A stretch of 64,000 bases of DNA from the IMG/VR virus record IMGVR_UViG_3300027672_001612, positions 32,001 to 96,000 of that record; one strand, given 5' to 3'. Both the position numbers and the translations under genes were made by a program. The first letter of the stretch is position 1. Each line of letters opens with the position of its first letter. Below are positions 59,433-64,000 of this stretch, piece by piece. The DNA comes from a virus (lineage: Duplodnaviria; Caudoviricetes). The notes below the pieces were generated by a model. That model ran no database searches, had not been told where the DNA came from, and saw only the letters and a list, made by a program, of their open reading frames with translations.

Positions 59433-60128
59433 TTAATACTCGCACTTCCAACGAATCATAACACTTTCCCTTACATCACCTGGAGCGATATTAGTCGGAG
59501 CCTGATGCCATGAGCCTTGTGCGTTGGTTGTTATAAACATTGTGTTAGGCATGAAAGGTACAGTAACTTCGTGTTTCCAATTATGTTCTTTGTCTTTATG
59601 TGCCATGTGGGGTTGAGTCATGCCTTCATCTTGCATAGCATCTGTATGAATATCATCGCCTATGTAAGTAAACAGTTTAGTACCATAACGTCTTTGACTG
59701 TCATCTTTAGGCAGGTAGATCATAGCACTGATAGTATAGTATGTAGGATCGAAGAACTGATCTGTATGTATATCGTTTATTAATAACTTGTCTGTATCTT
59801 TCCAAAACGTGACACAAGGCACTGGAGCTTCTGATACTTCGTCGCCAAACTTCTTAGCAATAGCAAAAAATAGTTTTTCCATTAACTTGTTGAATTGTCT
59901 TACGTCTGATGTAGAAATATCTAATGCAGTTAATACATATTCATCTCTGCAACCGTAAACATCATGTTCATGCACTATATTAACAGAATCTGCATACTCT
60001 AGAAACGTGCGATAGTTTTGGTTGATAGGTTCGGCAACAAACATATGGGGCCAGGGTGCTGTAAGTAGTTCGGACTGTTCTACTTTATATATTGTATTAT
60101 TTAGATTCTGAATAAAATCCGTATACAT
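59433..60128 (-). CDS. 2OG-Fe(II) oxygenase
   Basis: HTD...YLP...GT...PF.PN...SWH...R. Confidence 0.75.
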   Translation of the reverse strand: MYTDFIQNLNNTIYKVEQSELLTAPWPHMFVAEPINQNYRTFLEYADSVNIVHEHDVYGCRDEYVLTALDISTSDVRQFNKLMEKLFFAIAKKFGDEVSEAPVPCVTFWKDTDKLLINDIHTDQFFDPTYYTISAMIYLPKDDSQRRYGTKLFTYIGDDIHTDAMQDEGMTQPHMAHKDKEHNWKHEVTVPFMPNTMFITTNAQGSWHQAPTNIAPGDVRESVMIRWKCEY

Positions 60129-60891
60129 GCTTCCTCCTGATGTCTTTATTAATTATAGGACTGCTATGCCATGCTTTTGCAGATCTAGGTATAAAGTATG
60201 CTGTACCATTAGTGAATGGTAGTTGGTCTATGAGTGTGCAGTTCTCTCTTATTAAACTTGTAGTTAAGTCAGTTTCAAATACGTTTGGTTGCCAAAACTG
60301 TGTACCAAACTCTGTTACTCGATCCTCTCCTGGCAAGTACATGCCAAACGTAATACCAAACTCATCGCTATCAACATGTACATCATTAACTGTGAATTGA
60401 TTAGTATCTTGCCACAGCCAAACATTGCAATCATGCTCTTGATGTATTGCAAACTTATCTGCTATAGCCATTCTAATGTACTCATGATTGAATACTAAGT
60501 CATGTAGCTCCTGGAATGCAGGATTGCAGTCTATGTTTGCTTGTAGTCTTCCTTTAACTTCTGGCGGTAAAAACTCTGTGGGCCAGTTAGCATTAAGACT
60601 TTCTAATAGTGCTGGAGCAATAAAGTTTTCTATAACTATCTTGCTTTGAGATATTTTAGATTTAGCTATTGCATTTAGCGAATGTATTGTGTAAGGATGA
60701 AATTGTATCTCTCCTATGCTTTGAACACTACCACCTTCAAGTAAGATAGGTAGCCTAGGGTACCAAGGTTCAGCATCCATAGGTAAATGTGTGCAACTAT
60801 TCATTAGTCCACATTCTATACATTTTATTCTGGGATAGTCTGGATCGTACTCCGCAGGGTGAAACGGAATTCCGTGCTTGTCTTTAGCCAA
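60097..60891 (-). CDS. 2OG-Fe(II) oxygenase with a Cys/His-rich N-terminal extension
   Basis: HVD...YLP...GT...AWH...R; TTG start uncertain. Confidence 0.7.
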   Translation of the reverse strand: MAKDKHGIPFHPAEYDPDYPRIKCIECGLMNSCTHLPMDAEPWYPRLPILLEGGSVQSIGEIQFHPYTIHSLNAIAKSKISQSKIVIENFIAPALLESLNANWPTEFLPPEVKGRLQANIDCNPAFQELHDLVFNHEYIRMAIADKFAIHQEHDCNVWLWQDTNQFTVNDVHVDSDEFGITFGMYLPGEDRVTEFGTQFWQPNVFETDLTTSLIRENCTLIDQLPFTNGTAYFIPRSAKAWHSSPIINKDIRRKHVYGFYSESK

Positions 60892-60893
60892 TG

Positions 60894-61205
60894 TTAAATC
60901 TCTATGCTGGCTTCGAAGCTAAAGGTGATGTCTTCAAACTCTTCAAATAAGATAGTACTAATCTCATCACCTTCTGTAGGGAGGATCATTTCATCTAATA
61001 CTATTTCGTATATGAATAACTCTCCTTCCTTGTCTTCGTCTGTGTATGATATAACTTCAATGCCTACTTGTTCTTTCTCTTGGTCATACGCAGTTAATAA
61101 TTTGGTGGCAACAACACTCTGCACGATATCAAAGTATTCGATAACGTCTTCGTCGGATAACTCTTCTCGAGTAATCATTCTTGTAAAGTGTTTTATAAAT
61201 GCCAT
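60894..61205 (-). CDS. Acidic hypothetical protein
   Basis: 103 aa; TAAATA 6 nt upstream. Confidence 0.7.
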   Translation of the reverse strand: MAFIKHFTRMITREELSDEDVIEYFDIVQSVVATKLLTAYDQEKEQVGIEVISYTDEDKEGELFIYEIVLDEMILPTEGDEISTILFEEFEDITFSFEASIEI

Positions 61206-61210
61206 TATGA

Positions 61211-61642
61211 TTATTTACCTTTGCTAAACGCCTGAGCACCAAAGAATGCGGCAACAATACCGGCAACTGCAACAAAGTATGTTGGTGCCATTGATCCTAG
61301 TGTTGACTGTGCTTCACTTAGTCCTGCCAAGCTGGCAAAAACTACTGCGAATGGGTATAGTAACATGCCAAATAATGAGAACCAAGCCATCTTACGTTGA
61401 GCATCTCTCATTGCATCTGCATCTTCTAATTCTTTTCTCTTGAATTCTAAGTGCATATCCATTTCACCTTTAGAGATATGTCCATCTCCGTTAGTGTCTA
61501 TATCTTCCATTCCTTCGACTGTTTTAAATCCACGATTATCAACTGTCGGACCATCACCAGCTGGAGCATCGCCTGCCGCTTTTGCCTTCAATGCATCATA
61601 CTCTTTACGGGTCATGCTTACTTCTGCTTTATCTTCTGCCAT
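61211..61642 (-). CDS. EF-hand-containing membrane protein
   Basis: DTNGDGHISKGE loop; two C-terminal TM helices; AGGAG RBS; late promoter at 61693-61698 (-). Confidence 0.75.
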   Translation of the reverse strand: MAEDKAEVSMTRKEYDALKAKAAGDAPAGDGPTVDNRGFKTVEGMEDIDTNGDGHISKGEMDMHLEFKRKELEDADAMRDAQRKMAWFSLFGMLLYPFAVVFASLAGLSEAQSTLGSMAPTYFVAVAGIVAAFFGAQAFSKGK

Positions 61643-61713
61643 TTTCGTTTCTCCTACAAAACTTCTGTTTACTGTATGTATTCTACTATTAGTATTTATC
61701 TAAAAGATAGTTC

Positions 61714-61741
61714 TTGACATAACCAGCTTTTAGTGTATAAT
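61714..61741 (+). promoter_or_regulatory. Sigma70-type promoter for the replication genes
   Basis: TTGACA-16-TATAAT. Confidence 0.75.
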
Positions 61742-61799
61742 AAGAGCATAAGTAATAAATATTACTACATTCAACACACACAGTAACAAAGAGGTAGAA

Positions 61800-62063
61800 A
61801 TGGCATTTAACAAAACATTCAACGCAGAAGAACAAGCAAGACTAAAGAAACTTATCCAAGAGGGCGATCAAGTCCTATACGAAGTAGACGCACTGAGCGA
61901 AGGGTTACGAGAAACTGTAAAAGCAATTGCAGAAGAAATGGACCTTAAAGCTGGAGTACTTATGAAAGCAGTTAAAGTTGCTCATAAGGCTAAGTTTACA
62001 GATGAAAGAGATAAGTTCGATGAACTCGAAACAATCCTGGAAACTGTCGGCAAAACACTTTAA
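61800..62063 (+). CDS. T4 DsbA-like dsDNA-binding protein
   Basis: 87-aa helical protein, LKKLIQEG...K...EE..LK...L.K; adjacent to the polymerase. Confidence 0.6.
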   Translation: MAFNKTFNAEEQARLKKLIQEGDQVLYEVDALSEGLRETVKAIAEEMDLKAGVLMKAVKVAHKAKFTDERDKFDELETILETVGKTL

Positions 62064-62082
62064 TTTCTAGGATAGAACAAAT

Positions 62083-64000
62083 ATGAGTTACGTCGATGCA
62101 TTCCACGACACAGCCAAAGATAAAATTTATGTAGCCGAACGAGTGAACGGCGAACGTAAGATTATCACACATCAGCCTGAGTACAACTTTTATTTTAGTG
62201 ATCCTAAAGGCAAGAAGCGTAGTATTCATGATGAGCCAGTCACAGAGATTAGATGCAAAAGTCTCAAAGAGTTCAGGAAGAACATTGCTATTAATAGAGC
62301 AACTGGTAAGTTATATGAGACTGATGTTAAGCCTGTTAACAAAACACTAGAGAAGAACTATCTCAATATTGATCCACCTAAACTACATACATGTTTCTTT
62401 GACATCGAGGTAGACTTTGATCCTGTTAACGGATTTAGTACGCCTGAAGATGCCCTCATGCCTATCACAGCAATTGGCTTTTATATGGACTGGATGGATA
62501 CTATGGTATGTCTTGCAGTTCCACCGAAGACATTGACATGGGAACAGGCAGAGAACATTGCTAGTGCATACAAAGAAGTAATACTATTTAAAGACGAAGC
62601 AGAGATGCTTAGAACATTCCTACATTTGATTGATGATGCAGACATATTGTCCGGTTGGAACAGCGAGGGTTATGATATCCCTTACACTATTAATAGGATC
62701 GTTAAGATACTAGGACGTAGTGCTACTAGGCAGATGTGTTTGTTTAATCAGTTACCCAAGGAGAGAATGTATGAGAACTTTGGTACAGAGAGACAGAGCT
62801 ATGACCTAATTGGTCGTGTACACTTGGACTACTTACAACTATATCGTAAGTACAACTATGAGGAACGACACAGTTATAGGCTAGATGCTATCGGAGAGAT
62901 TGAACTAGGTGAGAAGAAAGTTGTCTATGATGGATCGCTTGACAGACTATACAATCATGACTTTGGTAGATTCTTAGAGTATAACATACAAGACGTTATG
63001 CTTATTGCTCGTATGGATAAGAAACTACAGTTCATTGACTTAGCTAATACTATTGCACATGACAACACCGTGCTACTGTATACTACAATGGGTGCTGTGG
63101 CAACTACTGAACAAGCAATTATTAATGAAGCACACAGACGTGACATGGTAGTGCCAGATAGAAAGCGAGGTGGTAGTAAGAAAGGATCAGCGGCGGCTGG
63201 TGCCTTTGTGGCAACACCTAAGAAAGGCTTTCACGAATGGATTGGCAGTATGGATATTAACAGTCTGTACCCAAGTGTATTCCGTGCATTGAATATGGCT
63301 AACGAAACTATCGTTGGACAGTTGCGTCCTGACTTTACTGATGAAGAAGTTGAAGCAAAGATTAGATTAGAGAAGAGTTCATTTGCAGATGCTTGGCTAG
63401 GTAAGTTCGGATCAAACGAATACGAACTAGTTATGGAGCAAGACAATGCTCGTACAATGACATTGGATATGGAAGACGGCACAACTGCAGAAGTAACAGG
63501 CAGTGATGTGTACAACTTAATATTCAACAGTGGTCAACCTTGGAGCATTAGTGCTAACGGAACTATATTTAAAACAGACGTACTAGGCATTGTACCAGGC
63601 TTACTAGAGCGTTGGTATACTGAACGTCAAGTATTACAAGCAAAGAAGAAAGAAGCAACTACAGAGGCGGAGAAGGCATTCTATGACAAGCGACAGTTAG
63701 TTAAGAAGATTAACTTGAACAGTTTGTATGGTGCGATCCTAAACCCAGGCTGTAGATTCTTTGATAAACGTATTGGTCAGAGTACTACTTTGACCGGAAG
63801 GCGTATCACACGCCACATGGGAGCAAAAGTGAATGAGTTGCTCACAGGAAGTTACGATCATACAGGCGACACAATCATTTATGGAGACACTGACTCAGTG
63901 TACTTCACGGCAACGCCTGCCTTACCTGATGATATGCATTTAGATATGGATAGTGCTGTCAGCTTGTATGATCGTATCAGTGACCAGGTTAGTGATACCT
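62083..64000 (+). CDS. Family B DNA polymerase (gp43-like), 3'-truncated; not in the ORF track
   Basis: Exonuclease motifs FDIE, GWNSEGYDIPY, YNIQD; polymerase motifs DINSLYPS, KINLNSLYG, YGDTDS. Confidence 0.95.
   Translation, partial: MSYVDAFHDTAKDKIYVAERVNGERKIITHQPEYNFYFSDPKGKKRSIHDEPVTEIRCKSLKEFRKNIAINRATGKLYETDVKPVNKTLEKNYLNIDPPKLHTCFFDIEVDFDPVNGFSTPEDALMPITAIGFYMDWMDTMVCLAVPPKTLTWEQAENIASAYKEVILFKDEAEMLRTFLHLIDDADILSGWNSEGYDIPYTINRIVKILGRSATRQMCLFNQLPKERMYENFGTERQSYDLIGRVHLDYLQLYRKYNYEERHSYRLDAIGEIELGEKKVVYDGSLDRLYNHDFGRFLEYNIQDVMLIARMDKKLQFIDLANTIAHDNTVLLYTTMGAVATTEQAIINEAHRRDMVVPDRKRGGSKKGSAAAGAFVATPKKGFHEWIGSMDINSLYPSVFRALNMANETIVGQLRPDFTDEEVEAKIRLEKSSFADAWLGKFGSNEYELVMEQDNARTMTLDMEDGTTAEVTGSDVYNLIFNSGQPWSISANGTIFKTDVLGIVPGLLERWYTERQVLQAKKKEATTEAEKAFYDKRQLVKKINLNSLYGAILNPGCRFFDKRIGQSTTLTGRRITRHMGAKVNELLTGSYDHTGDTIIYGDTDSVYFTATPALPDDMHLDMDSAVSLYDRISDQVSDT

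Noticed and set aside
1-64000. Bacterial chromosome or prophage origin suggested by housekeeping-like genes
   Set aside because: Those genes lack their normal operon partners and are interleaved with T4-like replication genes, virion genes and late promoters; no integrase or att site seen
1-64000. Stop-codon reassignment
   Set aside because: Standard code gives near-complete coding density with full-length conserved proteins, and TAA, TAG and TGA all end genes at sensible positions
62083-64000. Intein or intron in the DNA polymerase
   Set aside because: The frame is continuous and the extra sequence between motifs A and B lacks intein splice (C/S...HN) or LAGLIDADG signatures

Overview
This AT-rich, gene-dense window looks like part of a large lytic tailed phage with a T4-like transcription programme, most likely marine with a proteobacterial host (inferred from gene content), rather than a bacterial chromosome. 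Support comes from a T4-type family B DNA polymerase running off the right end, a clamp-loader subunit, DsbA-like and GroES-like proteins, PhoH, dCMP deaminase, MazG, a spanin-like pair, six large Gly/Ser/Thr-rich virion or fibre proteins, about 13 sigma70-type promoters and many TAAATA late-promoter motifs. The auxiliary gene load is large: ClpA, ClpP, DnaJ, SufE, IscA, FabF-like KAS, ACP, lipase, AmtB, NadE, GuaC, an amidinotransferase, a B12-radical SAM enzyme and several Fe/2OG oxygenases. The least explained signals are mostly non-coding: (i) apparently systematic leaderless genes with fixed promoter-to-ATG spacing; (ii) a ~210-nt structured RNA leading an unannotated 58-aa ORF; (iii) a structured intergenic element carrying two anti-Shine-Dalgarno-like repeats complementary to this phage's own RBSs; (iv) late-gene leaders whose RBS-occluding arm overlaps the promoter; (v) apparent avoidance of GCWGC. 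Protein oddities include an HPPD-fold protein lacking its metal ligands and a DnaE fragment that stops just before its catalytic aspartates. All calls come from manual motif recognition; no searches were run. No tRNA, rRNA, CRISPR array or mobile element was recognised.
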